Source of the DNA: Somniosus microcephalus
Lineage: Eukaryota
Assembly: GCA_052327205.1 (NCBI GenBank)
Contig: CM126207.1
Span: forward strand, 189,906,001-189,970,000
DNA length: 64,000 nt
Direction of reading: 5' to 3'
Shown: piece by piece, positions 38,376 to 51,700 of the stretch
How positions within the stretch are numbered: position 1 is the first letter of the stretch
Layout: every line of letters starts with the position of its first letter
Notes under the pieces: generated by a model
Seen by the model: only the letters and a program-made list of their open reading frames with translations
Database searches by the model: none
What the model was told of the DNA's origin: nothing
Position numbers and translations under genes: made by a program

Positions 38376-38605
38376 GGGGTAGATTTCCATCTTTCGTGGC
38401 CGGGCGTTAAATATCGCCTGGGCAGAGCACAGAACGGAATATTTGGCGAGGAGGAACGCACGCTGGGAACGGAACCGAGCGGATACTCCCGCCATTGAAA
38501 TTAATAGAAGGACTATCCAGCGGGTTCTGCAAGGGGCCTGGGATCTTACTCGCCTCGTTTTCCTTTCTGCCCTCCGCACAGGCAATAAAGATGAAAACCT
38601 ACCCC
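38376..38605. mobile_element. Short MITE (230 bp) with about 19-bp imperfect TIRs
   Basis: ggggtagatttccatcttt ... aaagatgaaaacctacccc, with a CpG-rich interior. Confidence 0.75.
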
Positions 38606-39259
38606 ACTGAATCAGGCAGGGTTTAACTAAATACATTAAGGGGGGGAGATGGGGAATCTCATCGATGCAGAGCACTTTTGGGGTTAAAGTGGAGTAACCT
38701 CACTGTGAACCCACTTTCCTAACCCCTTACTCAGTGGAAATGACTAACACAAGTGATTCGAGTTCAGCTCAATCCAGATTCTTATGAGCAGCCGCCAGTT
38801 AATGTGACTAGAGAGAGAACCACTGGTCACAAAGAATATTGGCCAGCGTCTCAAAGTGCTCCTATCTTACACGACTTGTAAAAAAATTCACATGGGCAAC
38901 ATGAACTCATTGCAAGAAACAGACTTACAAGGAGAATTACAAGTTAAACTGAGATGTGTTACATAATCTAAATGTTACAAAGGGAGATTTTACATCGACT
39001 TGGTGCCTCTCGATCCCTGCCTTGTGGAGTTAGTTCTCTGCTCATTGTCAGCTCTTTCACTCCTTTAGAAAATGCTTGCACACGGACTGTGCTTTAACAC
39101 TAACGTGGAGAATGAGCCAGGGAGCAGGCGTTATCTGTAGGAGGGTCCACTGTAGCGGCACAATGACTGGACAGTGGAATAACACTTTGAGGAGAGTGGG
39201 AGCCACCTCAATCCCCAGTTCAGGAAATCCCTGGAGCAGAATTTAATTGTAATGATAAG

Positions 39260-39770
39260 CAAAAAAAAAAAGTGCAGCTGCTGAAAATCAGAAAGCAAAA
39301 CAAAAATGCTGGAAACTGGCAGGAGGGTCAGTAACCAGAAGACACAGATTTAAAATAATTGGCAAAAGATCCAGAGGAGATTTGGGAAAAAAATTCCACA
39401 GTTATGATCTGGAATGCACTGCCTGAAAGGGTGGTGGGAGCAGATTCAATAGTGACTTTCAAAAGGGAATTGAATAAATACTTGAAGGGAAAAAACTTAC
39501 AGGGCTACGGGGAAAGAGCAGGGGAGTGGGACTAATTGGATAGTGCTACCAAGGAGCCGGCACAGGCACGGTGGGCCGAATGGCCTCCTGCTGTGCTCTA
39601 TGACTCTATCAAACACTCAGAAGGACAGCCAGCATCTGTGCAGTGAACAGACAAGTTAACGTTTCAGGTATGGAGCCTTTGTCAGTTCTGACAAAGGGTC
39701 CACACCTCAGATATTGACTTGTCTGTTCCCCAAGGACACTGACTGACCTGCTTCCAGCATTTTCTGATTG
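39260..39770. mobile_element. Fold-back Penelope-like element interrupted by a CR1 3' fragment (about 39318-39610, +)
   Basis: Arms aaaatgctggaa / ttccagcatttt and centre cctttgtcag-tt-ctgacaaagg. The CR1 piece ends gggccgaatggcctcctgctgtgctctatgactctat. Confidence 0.75.
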
Positions 39771-40099
39771 TAATAATGTAGTATAAGCATTTACATATTC
39801 AGCAAATATGAATGTTACATATCAGTTTGATACATAATTTGGAGACATTTCCTCAGTCAGCATCTGGTAATGTTGCAATTAGTAACCGGTTCATGCCAGA
39901 CTGCTGTAGGCAGAGCACTGAAGTTGAAGCTCTGGAAGCAGAGATGGAGCTGTTCAATGCTGCTGTATTAGGTTGTTTTTAAACCTTTAAAATGTTGTTC
40001 CTTTTCATTCAATCTTGGATTGCAAACCCTAAAACAAGTTCAAGGTAAGAGTGTTACTTACTGACAGGGTGGCTATCAAATGAAGAACAAGGGACAGAG

Positions 40100-42100
40100 A
40101 AAAGTACAGAAAAGGCAAATAATCACACTGAGTAAAAGAGTTCCATTCAGTAATAGCAAGAGACCCAAGACTGGTGAAGGTAAATCCGAGAAACAGGGAA
40201 GGTTTAAACACCAGTTGAATGTTTTTATTAAGCAATATAGGAGATGAAAAAGTGGCCAGATGAAAGCATCCACTTTCCTACCAGTTACTGGGAAGAAACA
40301 CTACCTAATGATAATTTAAACTCTAAGAATAAAATCTAATACCAGAAAAAATAGTGAAAAGAGTCAGAGTGAGAGAGCAACCGTAAACAACTGTATTTAT
40401 AAAAGATTTGTTTCATGAATACAGAAAACGGGAGGAACAATGGAAACTGCATTAAAGACTCCCAGTCAGGCAGAAATTTGGTGAACCAACAAGTGGCAAG
40501 ACAGTTTGCTGAAAACCAGGTAGTTCTTGAATAGGGAGGCTGCTCTGAAAGCAAGATATAGACATCTAGACATGGCAATGCAAATGTGTAGGGCAGCCAG
40601 AAGCACCAAAGAGTTCTGCATTGAAGAACCCAGAATCATTAAGCCAATAAGTCAAGAAAGAGGTTCCGAAACAATCAAAGGAGAAATCTGAAATTCAATC
40701 CATCAAAATTAGAGGGAGGAAAAGACAATTGTGTGGAAACTCTGGGACATAGCTTAGATCTAAAATGTGTCCAGTCCTTCAGAATCCATGCATAAAATGG
40801 AAAAAAATAACCACTACTTATTACAAATCATTGAACAGACAGAATCAGTGCGCGTTATGGAAGAAAAGCCACTATTTGCTGCAAATCAAGCAAACAAGAG
40901 AAAGTGTGTGCTACTATTAGCAGTGAATGGAATGGTTATACATTTTAAACTGGAGCACAAGTGAATGACATATCTGAGCGAGATTACAGTGTAGACCTAA
41001 GTTGCAGCAGGCTAAGATAGAAGTGGGAGGATACTGCGGAGCAGTCCTACCACCTGAAGACCTACATCACGTGTACTCGCCCTGTTAAGACCCCATATCA
41101 CAAACCATGACACACAATCTCACTGTGATCATACACCGAGGCACACAAAGTCACTCAGGGTATGGAACACTTAAATAGCAATGCAAGGATCCACCTCAAA
41201 ATCAGGATAAACAGCCCCAGTAACACACCATGCAGAAAAGTACTGCTGGCCTGCAGGAAAAATCAAAACAGAGCGTGATGGAGGTTTTAGATATCATAAA
41301 ACAATACATGAACCAATGGAATGGGTGCCCCCCATTAGTAATAGTTGGCAAAATGAAAAGTAAATTTGCTGGCACCCCATAAACATACATAGGGCCGTCA
41401 AAAGAAAACATTTCAAACTTCCAACTCATAAGCAAATTAAAGCACAGCTTGCTGATGCAAGCTATTTTAGCAAGTTAGATGCATCTACAGATTTCTGGTA
41501 ACTGAAAGTGGATGTAGCAAGTTACACAAGTTCAATACCCCTTATGGAAAACATAGATATCTTTCAGCTTCCCTTTGGTATTTCTTCTGCAAAACCATCC
41601 ATCTGAAGATGTTGACACATAATTTGTGTGATGTTCGTACAAAGTATCAGGAACTACTGGCAGAATCAACCCGAAGCTAGATGACCAATGCATATTTGGA
41701 ATCCTCAGCTGATATTTCTTGCTGACATCCTCACTAGCCCGACATTATGAAAGTTGTAGCGATCGAGTTCGTAACATCCACAGCAAGAAAGATGTGCAGA
41801 GACTTTTAGGAAAAGCCAATTACTTGCAATAAATCCATACCAAATCTTTCAGCAAAAATATTAACTCTTCGAGAACAAAGATTCCTGAATGGACCTATGA
41901 TCATGGACAGGAAGAAACGTGGGAAAATTTAAGGAGCTGCGCCTGCAAGAACCAGTTCTGAAGTCCTACCATCCTGAGAGGTTAGTAACAATTGCAGCAG
42001 ATGCATCACCAATAGGATTCTGGGCCATGCTGGCAGAGTGATGAGTTGTCACAAACTGGGTGGGGCATCAAATAGCTGTTCCTAGAGTGCTCTGAACAGC
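40100..42100 (+). mobile_element. Heavily decayed Ty3/Gypsy LTR retrotransposon gag-pol remnant
   Basis: Hand translation gives a Cys-rich knuckle remnant (CGNSG..CPV..PC..WKKNNH, about 40730-40815), protease-like VNGMVIHFKLE (about 40923), RT LADASYFSKLDASTDFW...FNTPYG...LPFGISSA (about 41450-41590), KKDVQRLLGKANYL, and RNase H PVLKSYHPE..TIAADAS (about 41950-42010). Confidence 0.82.
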
Positions 42101-42769
42101 CGCTTTAAAGTATAAAGCGAAAGAGCAAAGGAAGATTGGGACTTGTGTATCTCCCTTTATAACCTTTAGGACTGTGTACTGATCCTGGGAAAGTTGTGAT
42201 CAATTAATATCCCCTTTATAATGTGACAAATGGCCTCCTCCTCGACACTGGTGCTTTGTGAAGTGTAGTGTTTAATTTTAATAAGATTTGGAAACCAATT
42301 ATTTCACACAGTTTGATTTCCCCAGTTAATTTGAAAACCACAACAAGTCCCTCTAAACGTTTTTCAAGGTGGTAAAGGCACGCTCCACTGCTACGCGTAG
42401 AGTCTTATCAGTGTATTGATCAATCCTTCTCTGTCAATAAACCTTTTAGATACAGGCATACGAAATATAACCATAAAGTTATGGCAAGTACACATTTAGA
42501 GCAGCGTGAGAGCAAACAGACACAAGGAGAAACACAGAGCCAATAGGAGCACTAGTGCACACAATTAGTACAGAGACAGGGACCCCACCACACAGAGAGC
42601 GAGCATGTAATCAGATACAATGGAATACCGGCAGTTTGAATATCACACCACAACACAGCAGATGATATATTACAATCACAACTGTCAACCATTCCCCACT
42701 TATCAATCTTACATTTTCCCCCAATGTTTCCAAGCGCCTTGTTAATATCTCATGCCACAAAACCAGACA

Positions 42770-45700
42770 CACAGGCTCACTGTGAGTAAACCCCATGGTG
42801 AACAGTCTCAGTGAGTAAACCCCATAGTGAACAGAGTCTCACTGTGAGTAACCCCCATGGTGAACAGTCTCACTGTGAGTAAACCCCATGGTGAACAGTC
42901 TCACTGTGAGTAAACCCCATGGTGAACACAGTTTCACTGTGACTAAACCCCATGATGAGCACAGTCTGACTGTGAGTAAACCCCATGGTGAACAGTCTGA
43001 CTGTGAGTAAACCCCATGGTGAACACAGTCTCACTGTGAGTAAATCCAATGGTGAACACAGTCTCACTGTGAGTAAAACCCATGGTGAACAGTCTCACTG
43101 TGAGTAAACCCCATGGTGAACACAGTTTCACTGTGAGAAAGCACCAGAGTGAACACAGTCTCATTGCGAGTAAACCCCATCGTGAACAGACTGAATGTGA
43201 GTAAACCCCATGGTGAACAGTCTGACTGTGAGTAAACCCGAAGGTGAACAGTCTGACTGTGAGAAAACCCCATGGTGAACAGTCTGACTGTGACTAAACC
43301 CCATGGTGAACAGACTGACTGTGAGTAAACCCCATGGTGAACACAGACTGACTGTGAGTAAATCCCATGGTGAGCAGTCTCACTGTGAGTAAACACCATG
43401 GTGAACACTCTCACTGTGAGTAAACCCCATGGTGAACAATCTCACTGTGAGTAAACCCCATGGTGAACACAGTCTAACTGCGAGTAAACCCCATGGTGAA
43501 CAGTCTCACGGTGAGTAAACCCCATGGTAAACACAGTCTCACTGTGAGTAAACCCCATCGTGAAAAGACTGAATGTGAGTAAACCCCATGATGAACAGTC
43601 TGACTGTGAGTAAACCCGATGGTGAACTGTCTGACTATGAGAAAACCCCATGGTGAACAGTCTGACTGTGACTAAACCCCATGGTGAACAGTTTCAGTGT
43701 GAATAAACCCCATGGTGAACACAGTCTGTGTGTAAATCCCATAGTGAACACTGTCTCGCTCGGAGTAAACTCCATGGTGAACAGTTTCACTGTGAGTAAA
43801 CCCCATGGTGAACAGTCTGACTGTGAGTAAACCCAATGGTGAACACAGTTTCACTTTGAGTAAACCCCATGGTGAACACAATCTGTGTGTAAATCCCATA
43901 GTGAACACAGATTCACTGTGAGTAAACTCCATGGTGAACAGTTTCACTGTGAGTAAACCCCATGGTGAACAGTCTGACTGTGAGTAAACCCAATGGTGAA
44001 CACAGTCTCACTTTGAGTAAACCCCATGGTGAACACAATCTGTGTGTAAATCCCATAGTGAACACAGACTCACTGTGAGTAAACTCCATGGTGAACAGTT
44101 TCACTGTGAGTAAACCCCATGGTGAACAGTCTCACTGTGGGTAAACCCCATGGTGAACAAACTCTCACTGTGGGTAAACCCCATGGTGAACCATCTCACT
44201 GTGAGTAAATCCCATGGTGAATAGTCTCACTGTGTGTAAACCCCATGGTGAACACAGTGAGACTGTTCACCATGGGGCTTACTCACAGATAGACTGTGAG
44301 TAAACACCTTGCTGAACATAGCCTCACTGTGAGTAAACCCCATGGTGAACATAGTCTTTCAGTGAGTAAACCCCATGGTGAACAGTCTGACTGGGAGTAA
44401 ATCCCATGGTGAACAGTCTCACTGTGAGTAAACCCCATGGTGAATAGTCTCACTGTAAGTAAACCCCATGATGAACACAGTCTGTCTGTGAGTAAACCCA
44501 ATGGTGAACACTGTCTGACTGTGAGTTAACCCCCATGGTGAGCAGTCTCACTGTAAGTAAATCCAATGGTGAACACAGTCTCACTGTGAGTTAACCGCCA
44601 TGGTGAACAGTCTCACTGTGAGTAAACCCCAAGGTGAACAGTTTCACTGTGAGTAAACCCCATGGTGAACACAGTCTGTCTGTGAGTAAACCCCATGGTG
44701 AACAGTCTGACCGGGAGTAAATCCCATGGTGAACAGTCTGACTGTGAGTAAACCCAATGGTGAACACAGTCTCACTGTGAGTAAACACCATGGTGAACAC
44801 AGTCTCACTGTGAGTAAACACCATGGTGAACACAGTCTGCCTGTGAGTAAACCCAATGGTAAACACTGTCTGACTGTGAGTTAACCCCCATGGTGAACAG
44901 TCTCACTGTAAGTAAATACAATGGTGAACACAGTCTCACTGTGAGTAAACCCCATGGTGAACAGTCACACTGTAAGTAAACCCCATGGTGTACACAGTCT
45001 GACTGTGAGTAAACACCATGGTGAACAGTCTCACTGTGAGTAAACTCAATGGTGAACACAGTCTCACTGTGAGTAAACAACATGGTGAACACAGTCTGCC
45101 TGTGAGTAAACCCCATGGTGAACACCATCTGACTGTGAGTTAACCCACATGGTGAACAGTCTCACTGTAAGTAAACCCAATGGTGAACAGTCTCACTGTG
45201 AGTAAACCCCACGGGGAACAGTCTCACTGTGAGTAAACCCCACGGGGAACAGTCTCACTGTGAGTAAACCCCATGGTGAACAGTGTCTCATTGTGAGTAA
45301 ACCCTATGGTGAACACTGTCTGACGGTGAGTTAACCCCCATGGTGAACACACTCTCACTGTGAATAAACCCTATGGTGAACAGTCGCACTGTGAGTAAAC
45401 CCAATGGTGAGGTCTCACCATGAGTAAACCCCATGTTGAACAGTTTCACTGTGAGTAAACCCCACGGTGAACAGTCTCGATGTGAGTAAAACCCATGCTG
45501 AACACAGTCTCACTCTGAGTAAACCCCATGGTAAACAGTCTGACTGTGAGTAAACCCCATGTGAACAGTCTGACTGGGAGTAAATCACATGGTTAACAGT
45601 CTCACTGTGAGTAAACTTAATGGTGAACACAGTCCCACTGTGAGTAAACCCGATGGTGTACACAGTCTGTCTGTGAGTAAACTCCATGGTGAACACTGTC

Positions 45701-48700
45701 TGACTGTGAGTTAACCCCCATGGAGAACAGTCTCACTGTGTGTAAACCCAATGGTGAACACACTCTCACTGTGAGTAAACCCCATAGTGAACACAGTCTC
45801 ACTGTGAGTAAACCCCATGGTGAACACTCTCACTGTGAATAAACCCCACGTTGAACAGTCTGTCTGTGAGTAAACCCCACAGTGAGCAGTCTGTCTGTGA
45901 GTATACCCCATGGTGAACAGTCGCACTGTGAGTAAACCGCATGGAAAACAGTCTCACTGTGAGTAAATCCCATGGTGAACAGTTTCACTGTGAGTAAACC
46001 CCACGGTGAACACAGTCTGTGTGTAAATCCCATAGTGAACACAGTCAAACTGTGAGTAAACCCCATGGTGAACAGTCTGACTGTGGGTAAATCCCACAGT
46101 GAACAAACTCTCACTGTGGGTAAACCCCATGGTGAACCATCTCACTGAGTAAATTCCATGGTGAACAGACTCAGTGTGTCAATCCCATGGTGAAATGTCT
46201 CACTGTGAGTAAACCCCATGGTGAACACAGTCTAACTGTGAGTAAATCGCACGGTGAACAGTCTCACTGTGAGTAAACCCCATGGTGAAAAGTCTCACTG
46301 TGAGTAAACACCATGCTGAACATAGCCTCACTGTGAGTAAACCCCATGGTGAACACAGTCTGTCTGTGAGTAAACCCACGGTGAACAGTCTCACTGTAAA
46401 TAAACTCAATGGTGAACACAGTCTCACTGTGAGTAAACACCATGGTGAACACAGTCTTTCTGTGAGTAAACCCCATGGTGAACAATCTGACCAGGAGTAA
46501 ATCCCCTGGTGAACAGACTCACTGTGAGTAAACCCAATGGTGAACACAGTCTGTGAGTAAACCCCATGGTGAACAGTCTCACTGTGAGTAAATTCAATGG
46601 TGAACACAGTGTCACTGTGAGTAAACACCATGGTGAACACAGTCTGCCTGTGAGTAAACCCCAAGGTGAACACTGTCTGACTGTGAGTTAACCCCCATGG
46701 TGAACAGTCTCACTGTAAGTAAACCCAATGGTGAACACAGTCTCACTGTGAATAAACCCCATGGTGAACAAGTATTACTGTGAGTAAACCCGATGGTGAA
46801 CAGTCTCACTGTGAGTAAACCCCATGGTGAACAGTCTCACTGTGAGTAAACCCCATGGTGAACAGTTTCACTGTGTGTAAACGCCACGGTGAACAGTCTC
46901 ACTGCGAGTAAACCCCATGGTGAACACAGTCTGTCTGTGAGTAAACCCCATAATGAACACTGTCTGACTGTGAGTTAACCCTCATGGTGAACAGTCGCAC
47001 TGTGAGTAAGCCCAATGGTGAACAGTCTCACCATGAGTAAACTCCATGTTGAACAGTTTCACTGTGAGTAAACCCCATGGTGAACAATGCGACAGTGAGT
47101 AAACCCCATGGTGAACAGTCTCGCTGTGAGTAAACCCCATGGTGAACAGTCTGACTGTGAGTAAACTCCATGCTGAACACAGTCTGACTGTGAGTAAACC
47201 CCATGGTGAACAGTCTGACTGTGAGTAAACCCCATGGTGAACAGTCTGACTGGGAGTAAATCACATGGTTAACAGTCTCACTGTGAGTAAACACCATGGT
47301 GAACAGTCTCACTGTGAGTAAACCCCATGGTGTACACAATCTGTCTGTGAGTAAATCCCATGGTGAACACTGTCTGAATGTGAGTTAAACCCCATGGAGA
47401 ACAGTCTCACTGTGTGTAAACCCAATGGTGAACACACTCTCACTGTGAGTAAACCCCCATGGTGAACCGTCTCACGAGTAAACCCCATGATGAACAGTCT
47501 CCCTGTGAGTAAACCCCATGGTGAACAGTCTCACTGTGAGTAAACCCCATGGTGAACAGTTTCACTGTGTGTAAACACCATGTTGAACAGTCTCACTGTG
47601 AGTAAACCCAATGGTGAACAGTCTCACTGAGTAAACCCAATGGTGTACAGTCTGTCTGTGAGTAAACCCCATAATGAACACTGTCTGACTGTGAGTTAAA
47701 CCTCATGGTGAACAGTCTGACTGTGAGTAAACCCCATGGTGAACAGTCTGACTGGGAGTAAATCACATGGTTAACAGTCTCACTGTGAGTAAACTTAATG
47801 GTGAACAGAGTCTCACTGTAAGTAAACACCATGGTGAACACAGTCTCACCGTGAGTAAACACCGTGGTGAACAGTCTCACTGTGAGTAAACCCCATGGTG
47901 AACAGTTTCACTGTGAGTAAACCCCATGGTGAACACAGTCTGTGTGTAAATCCCATAGTGAACACAGTCAAACTGTGTAAATCCCATAGTGAACACAGTC
48001 AAACTGTGAGTAAACCCCATGGTGAACAGTTTCACTGAGTAAACCCCATGGTGAACAGTTTCACTGTGAGTAAACCCCATGGTGAACAGTCTGACTGTGA
48101 GTAAACCCCATGGTGAACAGTCTTACTGTGGGTAAACCCCACGGGGAACAGTCTGAACAGGAGTAAATCACATGGTTGTGAACAGTCTCACTGTGAGTAA
48201 ACCCAATGGTGAACACAGTCTCACTGTGAGTAAACACCATGGTGAACACAGTCTCACTGTGAGTAAACCCCATGGTGAACCATCTCACTGTGAGTAAATC
48301 CCATGGTGAACAGTCTCACTGTGTGTCAATCCCATGGTGAACAGTCTCACTGTGAGTAAACCCCATGGTGAACCCTGTCTCACTGTGAGTAAATCGCACG
48401 GTGAACAGTCTCACTGTGAGTAAACCCCATGATGAAAAGTCTCACAGTGAGTAAACACCATGCTGAACATAGCCTCACTGTGAGTAAACCCCATAATGAA
48501 CACTGTCTGACTGTGAGTTAACCCTCATGGTGAACAGTCGCACTGTGAGTAAACCCAATGGTGAACAGTCTGACCATGAGTAAACCCCATGTTGAACAGT
48601 TTCACTGTGAGTAAACCCCATGGTGAACAATGTGACTGTGAGTAAACCCCATGGTGAACAGTCTCGCTGTGAGTAAACCCCATGGTGAACAGTCTCGCTG

Positions 48701-51700
48701 TGTGTAAAACCCATGCTAAACACAGTCTCACTCTGAGTAAACCCCATGGTGAACAGTCTCACTGTGAGTAAACCCCCATGGTGAACCGTCTCACTGTGAG
48801 TAAACCCCATGGTGAACAGTCTCACTGTGAGTAAACCCCATGGTGAACACAGTCTCACCGTGAGTAAACCCCATGGTGAACACTCTCACTGTGAGTAAAC
48901 CCCATGTTGAACAGTCTGTCTGTGAGTAAACCCCACGGTGAACAGTCTGTCTGTGAGTAAACCCCACGGTGAACAGTCTCACTGTGAGTAAACCCCATGG
49001 TGAACAGTCTCACTGTGAGTAAACCCCCATGGTGAACCGTCTCACTGTGAGTAAACCCCATGGTGAACAGTCTCACTGTGAGTAAACCCCATGGTGAACA
49101 CAGTCTCACCGTGAGTAAACCCCATGGTGAACACTCTCACTGTGAGTAAACCCCATGTTGAACAGTCTGTCTGTGAGTAAACCCCACGGTGAACAGTCTG
49201 TCTGTGAGTAAACCCCACGGTGAACAGTCTCACTGTGAGTAAACCCCATGGTGAACATAATCTGACTGTGAGTAAACCACATGGTAAACAGTTTCACTGT
49301 GAGTAAACACCATGGTGAACACAGTCTGTGAGTAAACCCCATAGAGAACACAGTCAAACTGTGTGTAAATCCCATAGTGAACACAGTCAAACTGTGAGTA
49401 AACCCCATGGTGAACAGTCAAACTGTGAGTAAACCCCATGGTGAACAGTTTCACTGTGAGTAAACCCCATGGTAAACACAGTCTGTGTGTAAATCCCATA
49501 GTGAACACAGTCAAACTGTGAGTAAACCCCATGGTGAACACAGTCTGACTGTGCGTAAACCCCATGGTGAACAGTCTCACTGTGGGTAAACCGGACGCTG
49601 AACAAAATCTCACTGTGGGTAAACCCCATGGTGAACCGTCTCACTGTGAATAAATCCCATGGTGAACAGTCTCACTGTGAGTAAACCCCATGGTGAACAC
49701 AGTCTGTCTGTGAGTAAATCCCATGGTGAACAGTCTGACCGGGAGTCAATCACATGGTTGTGAACAGTCTCACTGTGAGTAAACCCAATGGTGAACACAG
49801 TCTCACTGTGAGTAAACACCATCGTGAACACAGTCTGTCTGTGAGTAAACCCCATGGTGAACAGTCTCACTGTGAATAAACTCAATGGTGAACACAGTCT
49901 CACTGTGAGTAAACCCAATGGCGAACACAGTCTCACTGTGAGTAAAAACCATGGAGAACACAGTCTGTCTGTGAGTAAATCCCATGGTGAACAGTCTCAC
50001 TGTGAGTAAACCCAATGGTTCGCACAGTCTCACTGTGAGTAAACACCATGGTGAACACAGTCTGACTGTGAGTAAACCCCATGGTGAACACAGTCTCACT
50101 GTGAGTAAACCCAATGGTGTACACAGTCTGCCTGTGAGTAAACCCCATGGTGAACACTGTCTGACGGTGAGTTAACCCCCATGGTGAACAGTCTCACTGT
50201 GAGTAAACCCCATGGTGAACACAGTCTCACCGTGAGTAAACCCCATGGTGAACACTCTCACTGTGAGTAAACCCCATGTTGAACAGTCTGTCTGTGAGTA
50301 AACCCCACGGTGAACAGTCTGTCTGTGAGTAAACCCCATGGTGTACGCAGTCTCACTGTGATTCAACCCCATGGTGAACAGTCTCACTGTGAGTAAACAC
50401 CATGTCGAACAGTCTAACTGTGAGTAAACCCCATGGTGAACACAGCCTGACTGTGAGTAAACCCCATGGTGAAAGGTCTGTCTGTGAGTAAAGCTCATGG
50501 TGAACAGTCTGACTGGGAGTAAATCCCATGGTGAACAGTCTCACTGTGAGTAAACCCAATGGTGAACACAGTCTCACTGTGAATAAACCCCATGGTGAAC
50601 ACAGTCTGACTGTGAGTAAACCCCATGGTGTACGCAGTCTCACTGTGGAAAAAACCCCATGGTGAACACAATATTACTGTGAGTAAACCCGATGGTGAAT
50701 GGTCTCACTGTGATTAAACCCCGTGGTGAACAGTCACACTGAGTAAACCCCATGGTGAACAGTCTCACTGTGAGTAAACCCCTTGGGGAACAGTCTGACT
50801 GGGAGTAAACCCCATGGTAAACACAGTCTGACTGTGAGGAAACCCGATGGTGAACAGAGTCTGACTGGGGTAAACCCCAAGGTGAACAGTTTCACTGTGT
50901 GTAAACACCATGGTGAACAGTCTCAATGTGAGTAAACCCCATGGTGAACACAGTCTCACTGTAAGTAAACCCCATAGTGAACAGTCTCACCGTGAGTAAA
51001 CCCAACGGTGAAGAGTCTGACTGTGATTAAACCCCATGGTGAACAGACTGACTGTGATTAAACCCCATGTTGAACCGTCTCACTGTGAGTAAACCCCATG
51101 GTGAACAGTCTCACTGTGAGTAAACCCCAAGGTGAACAATCTGACTGTGACTTAACCCCATGGTGAACAGTCTGACTGTGAGTAAACCCCATGGTGAACA
51201 GTCTCGCTGTGAGTAAACCCCATGTTGAACAGTCTCACTGTGAGTAAGCCCCATGGTGAACAGTCTCACTGTGAGTAAACCCCTTGGGGAACAGTCTGAC
51301 TGTGAGTAAACCCCAAGGTGAACAATCTGACTGTGACTTAACCCCATGGTGAACAGTCTGACTGTGAGTAAACCCCATGGTGAACAGTCTCGCTGTGAGT
51401 AAACCCCATGTTGAACAGTCTCACTGTGAGTAAGCCCCATGGTGAACAGTCTCACTGTGAGTAAACCCCTTGGGGAACAGTCTGACTGGGAGTAAACCCC
51501 ATGGTAAACACAGTCTGACTGTGAGGAAACCCGATGGTGAACAGTCTAATTGTGAGCAAACCCCATGGTGAACACAGTCTCACTGTGAGTAAACTCTATG
51601 GTGAACAGTCTCACTGTGAATAAACCCAATGGTGAAGAGTCTGACTGTGATTAAACCCCATGGTGAACAGACTGACTGTGAGTAAACCCCATGGTGAACA

